Below, piece after piece: positions 22,524 through 37,500 of a DNA stretch of 64,000 nt. The DNA comes from Antedon mediterranea. Its lineage: Eukaryota > Animalia > Echinodermata. The notes beneath the pieces are model-generated. The model was not told where the DNA came from and made no database searches. It worked only from the letters and a program-made list of their open reading frames with translations. The position numbers were made by a program, and so were the translations under genes. Position 1 is the first letter of the stretch; every line of letters begins with the position of its first letter. The stretch covers positions 20,956,001-21,020,000 of the forward strand of contig NC_092671.1 of the NCBI RefSeq assembly GCF_964355755.1, given 5' to 3'.

Positions 22524-23859
22524 GTGGTATAACCCATTCATAGTATAAAATGGTGCTGTCGTCCATAAGAAGCGGTGTGTCGGTTGGAAGAAATCAGGTG
22601 CATGTTTACTTCCTTTGTCCAAAGAAGGTAAAAATAAAATAGCCGGCACTAGCTGGGAAAGGAGAGGCCTAGCTAGGCTAGCCTAGGCTTAGGCCTACTC
22701 TCCTAGGCCAGAGTACTACTACTAGGCTAGGCCTAGCTAGCTAGGCCAGTCCTAGCTAGGTAGGAGGCCTAATAATATAGCTAGGGCTAGCCTAGGCTAG
22801 TTATTTAGGCCTAGGCCAGGCCTAAATGTACAATTTACCACAGGCCTAGGCTCTAGCGGTGTCCGATAAAATCGGTCGCACTTGATACTGGGTCGCGTTT
22901 GAAATCAGTCGGGATAAAATCAATATCCTGTATATTTTGTATGTTGCACCACTTCCGTCCGGTCTGTCTAATTACCGAAAACAATCATAAACAACCATAA
23001 ACAACTAAAAACAAAACAAAATCAAATAATCTAAATACCTAAAACAAATTTGTATAATTTTTTTAAATGTCGCCCTCTCTAGTTTCTAGTGCTAACTAAG
23101 ACCATGACAGAGAGACTACTGTGTGCGCAAAAGCCAAGGAAGACCCTACGAAATGGTAGTGTGCACAAAATACAACTAAAAATCGTACAATCAATGATAA
23201 CACCGCATTTAGGTATTTATAAAAATATTTTGATATTAGTCTTTCGATTTTTGATCCAGAAACCAATGCATGTACTCCTCACATTAATTGTGAATACGTT
23301 AATCATGATAAATTTAATTATAGATTTTCAAAGATAATTAATAATACAAAAATGATATTTTAAAGTTGTATTGTCCCCCAAAACATGAAAAGTAAAGATG
23401 AAAAAAATAAAATTTTGAATAGACCATTTTGTAGTTATAAAAAAGTTATTCACTTTCGCCGAAAAAAAAACCGAAAAAAATATTGAAAAATCAAAATAAG
23501 TTGACCATTTTTTCGAACTCATCAGCCCAGAAATTCCTAAATAACTAGGGTTTGCTAATAACTCATAAATATGCATGATGTTAATGAGCATCCAAATAGA
23601 GGAGATCCGATCTCTTATCTTTGACCACAAAACAAGCATGTGCGACGAACAGAAGAAAGTGCTGGGGTTTCCCTGATCCTAAGATTTAAAAAGCTCTGCC
23701 GTTAATTTGCCGGTAAGTAGAATTTTATTTTAGATGAATGACACATCCTCCTATAATAGTTATACAGAATATCGCAATCTAGACGTTTTTAGCTTATAAA
23801 TATAGGCAATTAGCTATCTAGGCTAGGGCTATTAATATAAGCCTACTAGCGAGGGCCAG

Positions 23860-24647
23860 TGGCCGTATTCACCAATCTCACTTAGGCTAAGGGAAATACT
23901 TACCCTTAAAATTTAAGAATTCCCTTAACAAAGGGAAACACTTAAGGGGTATTCACAAATGAGTTAAGGGATTCACTTACCTAAGGAAAACACTTAATTT
24001 AAGGGTAAAACTTAAGGGTAAAAATAAACATAAATATTCATGAGTTGTCCCATTGTCCAATCACAGAGGATTTAATTCCCCTATGGTCCAATCACTTTCC
24101 TCTCTAAAACTAATTTGCATATTTAAAAAAAGAGTAAGGGGTTGGGGGACGGGGAGGATGAAGAGAAAAGTGTATGGACGATGGCAGTCAAAACAAAAAC
24201 AAGTAAATGAATATTAAACCTAGACTAATTTGTATGAGGATCAAGAAAAATAGGTCTAGCCTAGATGCTACTAACAAACCCATTCTGTGTAGGCCTAAAC
24301 CTGTCTGTATTGAGGCATATGCATCCTAGGCTGGTTACTGGGCAGACCAACAGGGGGCCTAGCATCTCTACCTAGCCTAGACTGGGGCTATCTGCAAGTA
24401 TGCATAGTACTCGCACATACAGAATCGTCAGCACAACCAAGGTACTGAATAGTTAAGGGAACTTTTAAGGGACCTCTGAGGTCCCTTAAAAGTTAAGGGG
24501 AAAATAGACCAAGTTAAGGGTTTCCCTTAACCTTAAACCCTTTGTGAATACCACTTAAGTGAAACCCTTAATATTTTCTTGATTTAAGGGAAATCCTTAG
24601 GATTTAAGGGAAATATCTCACTTAAGTGTGATTGGTGAATACGGCCA
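23860..24647. mobile_element. PIF/Harbinger-like MITE
   Basis: TIR tggccgtattcaccaatc / gattggtgaatacggcca, 3-bp TSD cag, and many ttaaggg/cccttaa subterminal repeats. Confidence 0.85.
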
Positions 24648-25402
24648 CAGGTCTAGTTAGTACTACTACTAGTTAGTAAATAGTTTACTAGTGTAGTGTA
24701 GCAGCTGTGTGTAGACGGGAACCCACTTAGAGGCCTAGCTAGGTCTATCTCTATTTATCGTACTCACCTAGCTACTGTAGGCCATCACTCCACAACTTGC
24801 TATAGAAAATAGGCCTACTATGTTGCTGTACCATTGATATACATTTGGAGCTAGAATTAATGTCTAAAAAAAGACTAACTGATGACAAAAAACCGTACAT
24901 TTGGAAAGTGATCAGGATACAGTACCAAAGATAATAAGGTAGAATAGATTGTTGTTGATATCAACCAAAACGAAAACACTAGTAATTAGATTAGGCCTTT
25001 GATGGAGGAGATGCACTTTTCAGGAATTTCTTACTGTACATTAGTAATAGTACTCAACAATTGAAAACTTCAGATTCTCATACAGAAATAATAATTATAT
25101 GTATGCTATAAATTGTCAAATATTCAACTTTTCTATTTGACTTTTATTTATATTTATACATTATTGTTTTTAAATTTATAGACATAAGCTAATGAAGACT
25201 GGAACAGAAGTTATACCCATACTGTATAAAGGCAACTGGTGGTAGACTCGGTAGTGGAACACAAGATAAATATTGGATGATTATCATAAAGCATTTGGCA
25301 AATGTGTTGGTTGTTTTCCAGCTTTTAAAATGTTGTTTAATTTTCATAATAAAAGCAATAATATTTGTATAAGTTATCTTGCAAACATAGCAACAGCATT
25401 AA

Positions 25403-26028
25403 AGACCCCTTCCCTGCAATTTTGGACGTTTTTTGGAAAATAATACATATATATCACTTTAAAAACATTAAACCATGTCATTCCTTGTCTTAAATGTACG
25501 TTTTATGGTAAATTATGATAAAAAGTGAGAAACAATGCACTACCTAAGTAGCTCGCGGCGATCGACCTCTCGTGGACGGTCTTAGGCCTAGCCTAGCTAG
25601 GCTTAGTTTTGTAGGCCTAGCTGGTAAACATTCATAACGTACGAACATCGTACGCTAGCTATATACCTAGCCTGACGTTGTATAGTTGCTGCATTAATTG
25701 TCTTTCTATTTTTGCCAGACTCCGTTGATACAAATTGGGGAAAACCCGGTATTTTCGCTGAAAAGTTAGGAGTCTTCCATTTGTTTTGGCTTCACGATCG
25801 ATCGAAAAGTGGGCAAATTACAGGTGAAAAACAAATATATCAATCCGCGCGCAATGCATTTTGGGATTTATAGCGGGCCGCTATAATTATTAGAATCGAT
25901 TTATTTTTCACATTTTTAACCGTTTAAAGACGAAAAAAGTTATCGCAATAGGACCATATAGTATTATTTTTACATTAAATATATTTTGTGATCTTAAATT
26001 AGATCTCAAAAACGTAGGGAATGGGGCT
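25403..26028. mobile_element. Kolobok-type MITE
   Basis: ttaa|agaccccttccctgc ... gtagggaatggggct|ttaa. Confidence 0.7.
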
Positions 26029-27499
26029 TTAAATAAATAAAAAAATACTACTACAGTACACAAAATAAAATCTCCATAATTTTAATGTGTGAAGATTTAC
26101 AGTAAAATACAGTATAAAATGAGTATGTACAAGTATATTTCATTGAATTTCTGCATTATTGTTGACAATTTATTTTCAACTATTAATTGATGTGTTGATT
26201 GTGGCATTACAGCAATAGCTTGTCTTCTGTGATTGTTCATCCATTTTAAAGTGTCATATAGTAAGAAACGTTCAAATAAATATTGTGAATGTTGCTACCA
26301 CATTTTGTGTTGATTTCTTCACCATTTTCCACTACTTGCGCATATATATAGTTCATTCAATTAGTGTGTTAATACCTATTAAAAGAAAGACATTTTTTTT
26401 TATTACAATATTTACATAAAAAGTTTAATTGTGTGAATGTTGGTTTGAAAGCATTTTCAACAAGTACACATTCCAAAAAAATATTTAACTTAGATTATTT
26501 GGTCATTTTCTCTACTTCTCTACTAAAATACAGTAATTACATTACTGGATGTACAGTTTAATACAATTTTCACAAATTTATATTAGCATTAAAATCTAAT
26601 TAATCATGAATGAAAAACCAAGCACCATAATCCCTCCTGGCCCTGGTGGTGACCTTACTTTTTATTTTTGGCAGCCAAAAGAGAATTAAATGTTCTGAAA
26701 TGAATGAAAAGTGATATGAATAATGATGAAGGACTATTATTATAGTATTATACTAAAAATAAGACGTGTTAAAATTCACTCTACTAAAACCTTATTCTTT
26801 ACTCCATGCTTCACAGATGAATGTAATGTTGTCTGGCCTAATCCTATTTAAAGCTAGGTGGCAATAACCATTAATAAGGCTTACAAGTCGTATTCTATTA
26901 GTATTAGCTTGGCCTACTACTACTCACTCAGACAGTGACTACTAGACTAGCTACTACTTACTAGGAGGCCTACTCTAGGCCTAGCCAATAGACACAAGCC
27001 AGTACAGCAGCTTTACTGGGCTAGCTAGGCTTCCTATAGGCCTGCTAACTAACAAAGCTGCACCATAGAAACTACAGTTCTTACTTACCAATCTGCTAAG
27101 GTCTAGCCATAGTCTTTTCTTCAAGATAGGAGTTGTTTTTTTGTTGTTGTATAACTACAGAACTAAATTAAACCGGAAGCCAGTTGGCTGCCAGCCAACC
27201 GACTTCCGGTTGATCATTTTTTACTTTAAATTACGATTTTCTCAGGTAAAAAATAATTTTTTTTCATCCCATTTAAGGTCAAAGTGAATAACTTTCATGT
27301 GACATTAAAATGGCCTATTCAATAATTTTTTTTTCAAAAAAATCTTTTTCAGGGGGACAATACATCTTCACAAGGATTCACAATAAAATGTATTCAGTAA
27401 AATTACCGTAGTTGAGTTATAAAATAACGTTTTTATCCTTAAATCACTAAATGTTAGGTAAAATCATTTTAGAATAATTACCTAATAAAAAGTGTTTAC

Positions 27500-29148
27500 C
27501 AAAGTAAATCGAATTTTACCGCGGCCACCGCGGCCAGTGCCGTCGGTGCCCTCCCAAATGAATAGCACCCACGGCCACTACTGACCTGCCCTTTTTTTTG
27601 CGTTGGCCGTGAGTGCCCTTCCCGAGTTTTACCACAATAAAAACCACTGAAGTAGATAGAAAATAATGTCAAGAATATCGGATGAGACGCAAAACTATCG
27701 CCTGTCTTCGTTGCAAGGGGATTTCCCTAAACGCATTTAGACAAAACATCGAACATATTTATGTAACCAAAACAATATCGTTCCGGCCGCTGTGCGTGGT
27801 AAATCACGGTATAGATAGTACATTAAAATACAGGGGTGTACACTTTTAATAATAAAGCTAAAAACGTTCCTCGATCGGAGGTCACTGAAAGTATTAAAGT
27901 CGCACCACCCCCGCCTCAATAATCGAGCTAGCCGCCTTCGTTGAAAAAAAATTACACAGACTCCTAGCGCGCCGCCTATCCTCCCGCCGCCGATCCGATC
28001 AAACACACGCGATTCAATACATTGGGAAAACAATTCTATTTGACGCACACGCACCCTCTGATAATAAAGAAATTTCACACGATGTCTCGTGTCCTGAGAC
28101 AAAAGTACGAAGGATCGGATCGGAAAAACAATTCCTTTTGACGTACACGCACCCTCTGATATGAAAATACCATGTGCGTTCCTGCATGGTGTAGTCCATT
28201 ATACGTGTAAAATTAGGGGTGTCCACTTTTAGTACTAAAGTTAAACCGGTACCTTAACCCGAAGATCGTTGGAAGTATATTATATTTATATTTTATCGCA
28301 CCCATCTCAATAATCCAGCCGACAGATCATCGAAAAAATTAACAAACGCCTTTTTACCGAACTCAAGGAAATGGTATAGTCCACAATACACGTGCAGAAG
28401 GCTAAACAGAGAGAGAGAGAGGGGTCGGCGTCCGTCTCCGTGTTTTGAATTCTTATAAATATGGATTATACTAACAAAAAAGCTTCAGGAATCGAAACTC
28501 GGAAAATAACAATAATTTATATTCTACAACATAATGTCATTGGCTTGATTTTTACCGTGTTTAACACTCTGTGTATGAATAGTTGTAGTTAAGGCCTACA
28601 AACAAATTGTTTTTGTACCCTGTGTTCTCCGTCCGCTGCGCCGTAGTGCTGCTAAGTGCTTGCTGTTGTTAGGTCTTTACCTGTTGGGCCTGGCTTCACA
28701 TGCCTTTTTTGATCGCATTGTTTGAAACTAAACGAAACATTCAACACAGGAAGGTAAACTGTGAACGCTAAACATCGTACCTTAACAATTATTATTTATA
28801 TGGATCGTAAATACACGTAATATTTATATGAAATACAAAAAGATGTAGGCCTAGACAGTCCTCTCCTACTACTACTACGCAATCTGATGAATAAGGGAAA
28901 TTCCCCCAAAAATGTTTGCTGGTAGAATTTTTTTTTTTTTTTAATTCCACCCGGGCGCTCAACCGGAAACAAGCTATTTTTTAAATTTTAGCCTAGTTAT
29001 TAAAATATTTTTTTATTTTGGCCTTGGTGCCCCTTCGATTTAAAACAAATGGCCTTGGTGCCCTCCCATTTGGCCTTGGTGCCCCTCAAATCAACGAAAA
29101 CCGGAGGCCAAATGGCCTTGCCCCTAAAATCCCCAAATTCGAGGCCTG
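27500..29148. mobile_element. Partial hAT-like element (one end visible)
   Basis: Repeated ggccttggtgccc subterminal motifs and the terminus aaattcgaggcctg; internal ~150 bp direct repeats (~27820 and ~28200). The left end was not found. Confidence 0.45.
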
Positions 29149-30546
29149 CGTGCGCGCTGTTTAATCTTGGTAATGAAAATGGAGTCAGCTCTCGGTATCC
29201 CTATTTATAGATTTTGTTCAGTAAATGTAGTCTATGGTGTATATCATTGAATTTGTATGATTTTGAGTTGTATTTTGAGCACACTACCATTTCGTAGAAT
29301 CTTTCTTGGCTTTTGCGCGTACAGTTTTCTCTCTGCATGGTCTTTAGAAACACCCATCAGTAGATTTCGTTTTAAATTTTTAACTTGTTTACATACTACT
29401 TTTTAAAAATGTGGATTAGATAATTTTTTTGAAGAGATATGTAACACGATGGATAACCCCAGATCTGACCAGCTTTATGTTGCCTAAGATTAAAGAACGT
29501 GCTTGTATTGATTGGAGGAGTGATCTTGCATTAAAATCTTATCTTTTAGACTTATCAAATTATCAAAGAAACTCCCTACCTAGAAAAATATTTACTTGAA
29601 CCATTAGACTTGGAAAGCGCAAGCATAAAAAAAGAGAAAGAGAAAGATATTCACACAGTTTGTAGTTAATAATTAGGTTAACAGAAATTCAGCCGATCCC
29701 GCTTCAAAAAGTTAATCAATAAGCATAATTTTAGGTGTAAACAAATTGAAATTCTCAACAAAGAAATACATAGAAATAATGCCCTCTATTTTAGTCTAGA
29801 TTTGTATGCATTTAATTTAGGAGAGAATATCTCAACTGTTATATAGGATGATTTGACCCCAAGGAACAACATGGGATATGTGCCAAATTCGCTATCCGAG
29901 GAGAACATGCTCAAAACCAGGGTCAAAGGTTAAAAATGTGTGGTTCTTATATCTCGACAACCACTTGTCGTACAGATTTGCTTTTGGTGTCAAATTGTTC
30001 AGAATATATTCGGTCTAACACAACTTTTAGCAAAAAAATGACCGGAAATGCTTTTATTGACCTTTGACTCAAAAAATCATTGTTCTTTCTTCAGATATAT
30101 TTATGATTATTTGTTAAAAAGATGTCCTTTAATCGCAAAAATACATACAAATCAAAGATAGTTCTTTAATAAAGAATCACATACCCATTTTTGCCCTAGT
30201 TAATTGTATACTATAAATACACAATTTATGGAAAATATGTTTTTGTTACCATGGAAACGTGTAACAAAATAAAATGTGTTGATTAATCGCAAAAATACAC
30301 AAAATCGAACATAGTTAAAAAATTATAAATCACATCATGCCCATTTTTTCACCAGTTAATTGTATAAGATAAATACACAATTTTCAATCAAACTGTTTAT
30401 TAAAAATATGCTTTTGTAACCATAGAAAATATGTAATAAATAAAAATATGTTGAATCGTAAACATTTTTTGCACAATGAATTTTCTTTTTCAAACTGTCA
30501 AAATTACATCATGTGTTTGAATAAGTGCATTTTGTAGGATTGTAGA

Positions 30547-31282
30547 TAATAAATAAATAATTTTGTTTGACAAATCCAAAAGAAATTACTCGCATTCTTT
30601 AGCTTTCGCCATCTTGGCTGATGGCTTGATCACAAGTGATCCGGTCCACTACTACTTCCTGGAAATCTGTTGTTATTGTTTCTAGGTGACGTCATACTTT
30701 TTCGTAGCAGTGATGTGTATACGTGATCGAGATATACAGCCCCTTCGTCGCGGTTGATTGCGTTAGTCCCCCTCTTTCTGATTTGGATTGCCTCTCTGAT
30801 TCTACGCTTGAATGGGTTAGAGTCTCTGTCAAGAATTTTTGCCCCATCCCAATCGATGATATGGTTTTCTTGCGCTGCATGGTCTGTGATGGCGGATTTG
30901 TGGATTTCGGATGTTGATTCCTTTCTTGTTGCCCGAGTGTATTTACGATCGGTGACCGTTTCAGTGTCTTTTTGGTGTTCTTTCAGTCTTACTCCAAATT
31001 GACGACCTGTTTCCCCAATATACGATTTCTTGCAACTTTTGCAAGGGATGTCGTAAACAATGTCACTTGTTTGGGTGATGTCCTTCTTGTCTTTGGGGTG
31101 GACTAAAATGCTTTTAAGAGTGTTCGTTGGACGCATGGCATGTCACCTAGAAACAATAACAACAGATTTCCAGGAAGTAGTAGTGGACCGGATCACTTGT
31201 GATCAAGCCATCAGCCAAGATGGCGAAAGCTAAAGAATGTGAGTAATTTCTTTTGGATTTGTCAAACAAAATTATTTATTTA
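30547..31282 (-). mobile_element. Penelope-like retroelement 3' fragment with inverted terminal duplication
   Basis: ORF 30630-31136 encodes a GIY-YIG endonuclease (VYDIPCKSC..SYIGETGR..RLKEH, SAITDH, RRIREAI, INRDEG). 30551-30690 is the inverted copy of 31142-31282. Confidence 0.93.
31196..31235 (+). ncRNA. Minimal type I hammerhead ribozyme, G3-C8 variant (second copy on minus strand at ~30597-30636)
   Basis: CUU GUGAUCA A GCCAUC agccaa GAUGGC GAAA GCUA AAG: core, 6-bp stem II, palindromic AGCU stem III and a 3-bp stem I. Confidence 0.6.
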
Positions 31283-31558
31283 CATCATGTGTTCATTGAA
31301 GAATTTGTTTCTGATAATTGTCTTTCATATTTTCTTCCATGAATGTAGAGATTAAATACCTGTTGATAAATAATAATTTAATTAATTAAAATAAATTAAC
31401 TTTAAAAAATAATCTGTATTAATTTAAAAAAATGTTAACTGAAGAAAATGCAAACATAGATTTTTATAGCAGTATAACAGTTTTTAAATTAATCAATTAA
31501 AACTAAAAACCTACAAAATATGATTCCTTTCATACTTTATTAAAAAACATAATCCTCA

Positions 31559-34500
31559 ACTAGAATTTAATTCGTCACTTTGACGAATTATAGGTGATCA
31601 TTTTTATCATTTTTATAAAATTAACATTTTTTAAACATGCATGTACGTTAACATACGATCGTTAAAAGTTGATGTACGCCATCCTATGACATGATTGCAT
31701 ATACACTTATAGTGCTGAGTTGTACCTATGTGTCATACAATATGTACAGTAGTGTAGCATAGGTGAAATTACGGGACTCGTATCGTGTTCTAATTTTTTG
31801 GTATGATGGAATTTTCAAAATAAACTCGAAGATGACAATTTCGAAAGATAATGAATTGAGCAAATAAATATAAGGATTGGAAGAAAATTTGACACGTAGA
31901 AGCGCAATGCGCGGTCTTTGAAATTTGTATAACTTTGACTAAATAAATTTAAAAACTACTTTTTAACTTCAACTGGCCATATGATAACATCACAACATCC
32001 GATAGGCTTAATTTTAATATGAATTCATATCTACATTTCATCAGCTTTCATAATAAGTTATAATCTTCAAGGTCACCTTTAATTCTGAAGAGCTATAAGA
32101 TATTCAAATGTATGGTGTAGCTGAAATTACACGACCTAGGTTATTCAAGTTTTTACGCGTGATGACGTCATCAAAATAAAAATGTTGACAACTCATTAGA
32201 AGAATAATTAATTGAGCAAGCACATACTAAAAGTTGTGCGAAAATCGGGCTCAAATAACGGAGATGCGCTCTATTGAATGTGATAACCCACACAAAAAGA
32301 AAAAAATTCCTAATTTTTTAATTCAAGTGGCCATTTGATGACGTCATACCATTTTGTACGTCTAATGTGTATATACATTTGTATCTACAACTTATTGGCT
32401 TCCATAATAAGTTAAAAAAATTGGGGGTCATCTGCCATTCTGAAGAGTTATATTCATTTTAAAAAGTCCTTATTTTTTACCATTTTTAGCACTTTTGTAC
32501 AATTAGTGTGCGCATTTTGTCATTTTTAACGTGCTCGTATAGCGTTATTTTAAGTCGGAATGGACTCAAAATTGGTGAATGTACTAAGGATTGTGAGTAG
32601 AATGTGATTTATACATCAAATTTGATTTTTTACGCATTTTAAGAATCGTGCGCACAAAAACACATTTTTGCGCAGTAATTTTTTGAAACGCGCAAATGGC
32701 CTAATTCATGCTCTAAATTGATCAAAACCTAATTTTGCGCGTTTTAAATTTTTAACGCGCGATTTCACGTGCATGACCTTGAAACGCGCAACTTTTTATT
32801 TGCTAATATTTTTACCCTTGACCTGAAGTTTACCTGTAGTGAATTTCATTAATATGTCATAATGAATTATGGAGATATGATTGATAATGTGATTTCACAA
32901 AATGGCGTATAAATGACGTCACGGATGAGTGATCACGCTGGAAAGCTGATTAGGATTAAGTTATATTATTTGAAAGATATTTTGGTAATCATTGACATTA
33001 AACTTTTTGAGATAATTGTTACACAAAATAGTGTACAGAAACAATAAAAAGACTAGACATGTAACTCGTCACTTTGACGAGTTAGTTATCCGCACGACAA
33101 ACGCCACGTGCACGTCATATGTTAGAATATTGCACACAGAAAAAGATTATGACCTGAACTGAAGAATATGATATGTTATTATTGCTGAATTTCTATTATT
33201 TTGATTCATATAATATAGTATACACAGTATAATCTGTATCCATATCACATACAGTGTAGAATAGCTGAAATTACGGGACCCGCTATTTATTGCAATTTTT
33301 AACATGTTGACGGTTTTAAAATGAAACGCGCAGGTAGCAATTTCGGAAGGAAGTTATCTCAGCAACAACATATTAACGTGTAGAAGAAATTTGAATACGT
33401 GAAATATTGATGCGCGCTTTTTTAAATGTAATGCATTATGACGTAAAAGATGAAAATACGACTTTTTTTATTTAACTGGTCATATGATGACGTCACAACA
33501 TCTGATTGGCAAAATGTTTACATAAATTCGTATCTACAATCCAATAGCTTCCAGAAAACGTTTTAATCATGATTATCACGTTTTATTCTGACGACCTATA
33601 ACAGATTGAAATTTACTGTAAAGACGAAAATAAGTAACCCACGTTATTTACATTTTTAGACATGATGACGTCATAAAAATTAAAATATTTTTAACTCATA
33701 CGAAATATAGTTGATTGACCTAGATAATATAAAAATCGGGGTAAAAATGGAAAACAGATAATTGGAGATGCGCTCTATTAAATGTCATGCGCTATGATAA
33801 AAGATACAAAAATCCTATATTTTATATTCGCATGGCCATACGGTGACGTCACAATGTTCGGTTAGCCATATTAATGCATGATCCAAAATCTACAACTCAT
33901 CAACTTTCAGAATATGCAAAAAAAATTACTTTCACCGTTTAGTTTAGGAACTACGACTGTTTAAAAAAGGGCACAATTTTGACAAATTTTGACGATTTTT
34001 TGAACTTTTTCATAAAAAATGCACGTAAATTATCCAATTCAACGTGCCCGTATGACGTAATTTTAAGTCGAAATTGTTCAAAAGTTGGTAAAATTACTAG
34101 AAAAGGCTGGAAAAACATAAATCACGCGAAAAAAAATTGTTTTCAACGCTACGTGCGTACCGCGCGCGTAAAAATTTGAGCGCACGTGGGAATTTTTTAC
34201 ATGCTCTAAATGACATGAAACGCGTAGAAAGTTGATTAGATATTGATTTTTCGCATTTTGAAATTTTAAACGCGCGTGCACGCGTAACTTCGTGTGAAAC
34301 ATGCCAATTTTTTTTCACATTCAGTTAGCGCAAGATATCAATTAAACTTTTGTTAAGTTTCAATTTAAATTGCTATATGGTTTTCAATCTATGTTAAATA
34401 GGCGAAACTCGTAAAAATGCGCGTAAGTCATGTTGCGCAACTCTGACGTCATTCAAAAATAGGAGGTGCACAACTTCACCTGAATGATCTCATGCTGACA

Positions 34501-37500
34501 AAGTTATAACATGTTATGTTTACACGTTTTTGAGATACGCGAGACACAAAAATAGAGGAGAAAGAAAGAAAAAAAAAAAAAAAAAGTAACAGGACAGTTA
34601 CAAGGAGTTATCCGCTGAGTGCGGATAACTAACTAGACATGTAACTCGTCACTTTGATGAGTTTGGTTATCCGCCGCGCAAGTGGTGCAACATTAACATT
34701 AAGGGGATAGGTTGAGGACAAAAGGAAGTGTTCACGTTGGCATTATGACCTGAACTGAAGAATATGATATGTTATTCGCTGAATTTTATTATTTTAATTC
34801 ATATATAGTATACACAGTATAATCTGTATCCATATCACATACAGTGTAGAATAGGTGAAATTAAGGGACCCGCTATTTATTGCAATTTTTAACATGTTGA
34901 CGGTTTTAAAATGAAACGCGAAGGTAGCAATTCCGAAAGGAAATTATCTCAGCAACAACGTATTAGCGTGTAGAAGAAATTTGAATACGTGAAATATTGA
35001 TGCGCGCTCTTTTAAATGTAATGAATTATGACGCAAAAGATGAAAATACGACCTTTTTTATTTAACTGGCCATATGATGACGTCACAACATCGATTGGCA
35101 ACATTTTTACATAATTTCGTATCTACAATCCAATAGCTTCCAGAAAAAGTTTTAATCGTGATTATCACATTTTATTCTTACGAGCTATAACAGATTAAAA
35201 TTTACTGTAAAGATGAAATTAATGCCACACGTGATTAAAATTTTTAGGCATGATGACGTCAAAAAAATTAAAATATTTTTAACTCATGCGAAAGATAGTT
35301 GATTGACCTAGACAATATCAAAATCGGGGTAAAAATGGAAAACGGATAAGTGGAGATGCGCTCTATTCAATGTGATGAGCTATGACGAAAGATACAAAAA
35401 TCCTAAATTTTATATTCGCGTGGCCATACGATGACGTCACAATGTCCGGTTAGCCATATTAATACCTGATCCGATATCTACAACTCATCTACCTCCAGAA
35501 TATGCCATCCACAAAAAGTTGACCGTCTAGTTTAGAAATTACACTGTTTAAAAAAAGGCATATTTTAAACGAATTTTTTAACCTTTTCACAAAAAACGCG
35601 CGCAAATTGTCCAATTCGACGTGCTCGTATGACGTATCTTCAAGTCGAAATTGTTTAAAATTTGGCAAAATTACTAGGAAAGGCTGGAAAAACATAAATC
35701 ACGCGAAAAAAATACGTTTTCAATGCTACGTGCGCACCGCACACGTAAAAATGTTCGCACGCGTGGGAATTTTTGAAATGCTTAAAACGACATGAAACGC
35801 GTAGAAAGTTGATTATAAATTAATTTTGCGCATTTTGAAATTTTAAATGCGCATGCGCGCGTAACTTTGTGTAAAACACGCAATTGTTTTTCAACAGAAA
35901 GTTAGCGCATGATATAAATTAAACTTTTGCAAAGTTTCACTTTAAAATGTTATTTGGTTTTCGACATATGTTAAATACGAGAAAATCGTTAAATCGCGCG
36001 TACGTCACGTTGCGCAATTGTAAACATCATGAAAAGCTTCGCTTGACGACGTTACATAAATGTCAAAATGTTAACATAGTTAACAAAATGTTATGTTTGC
36101 AAGTTTTAGAGAAAAGCATTACACAAAAATCATACAGAAAGAAAGAAGATTAAGAAAAAGACTAGACATGTAACTCGTCACTTTGACGAGTTTGGTTATC
36201 CGCCGCGCAAGTGGTGCAACATTAACATTAAGGGGATAGGTTGAGGACAAAAGGAAGTGTTTACGTTGGCATTATGACCTGAACTGAAGAATATGATATG
36301 TTGTTATTGCTGAATTTTATTATTTAAATTCATATAGTATACACAGTATAATCTGTATCCATATCACATACAGTGTAGAATAGGTGAAATTACGGGGCCC
36401 GCTATTTATTGCAATTTTTTAACATGTTGACGGTTTTAAAATGAAACGCGAAGGTAGCAATTCCGAAAGGAAATTATCTCAGCAACAACGTATTAGCGTG
36501 TAGAAGAAATTTGAATACGTGAAATATTGATGCGCGCTCTTTTAAATGTAATGAATTATGACGCAAAAGATGAAAATACGACCTTTTTTATTTAACTGGC
36601 CATATGATGACGTCACAACATCCGATTGGCAACATTTTTACATAATTTCGTATCTACAATCCAATAGCTTCCAGAAAAAGTTTTAATCGTGATTATCACA
36701 TTTTATTCTTACGAGCTATAACAGATTAAAATTTACTGTAAAGATGAAATTAATGCCACACGTGATTTAAATTTTTAGGCATGATGACGTCAAAAAAATT
36801 AAAATATTTTTAACTCATGCGAAAGACAGTTGATTGACCTAGACAATATCAAAATCGGGGTTAAAATGGAAAACGGATAAGTGGAGATGCGCTCTATTCA
36901 ATGTGATGAGCTATGACGAAAGATACAAAAATCCTAAATTTTATGTTCGCGTGGCCATACGATGACGTCACAATGTCCGGTTAGCCATATTAATACCTGA
37001 TCCGATATCTAAAACTCATCTACTTCCAGAATATGTCATCCACAAAAATTTGACCGTCTAGTTTAGAAATTACGACTGTTTAAAAAAAGGCATATTTTAA
37101 ACGAATTTTTTAACCTTTTCATAAAAAACGCGCGCAAATTGTCCAATTGGACGTGCTCGTATGACGTATCTTTAAGTCGAAATTGTTTAAAATTTGGTAA
37201 AATTACTAGAAAAGGCTTGAAAAACATAAATCACGCGAAAAAAATACGTTTTCAATGCTACGTGCGCACCGCACACGTAAAAATGTGCGCACGCGTGGGA
37301 ATTTTTTACATGCTTAAAACGAGATGAAACGCGTAGAAAGTTGATTATAAATTAATTTTGCGCATTTTGAAATTTTAAATGCGCGTGCGCGCGTAACTTT
37401 GTGTAAAACACGCAATTTTTTTTCAACAGACAGTTAGCGCATGATATAAATTAAACTTTTGCAAAGTTTCATTTTAAAATGTTATTTGGTTTTCGACATA

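Larger units (their letters stand above)
23363..27368. mobile_element. Kolobok-like non-autonomous element (diverged)
   Basis: ttaa-agttgtattgtccccc...gaatagaccatttt...aagttattcacttt versus aaagtgaataactt...aaaatggcctattc...gggggacaatacatctt. Confidence 0.55.
23089..29354. mobile_element. Old TIR element (~115 bp diverged inverted repeats) hosting nested insertions
   Basis: agaccatgacagagag...gcgcaaaagccaaggaaga...ctacgaaatggtagtgtgcacaaaatacaact (23099-23204) is the reverse complement of 29236-29345. TSD not resolved. Confidence 0.6.

Noticed and set aside
22660-22850. Dense TAGGCCTA/CTAG palindromic tract
   Set aside because: Low-complexity motif scattered throughout the window, with no defined unit or boundaries.
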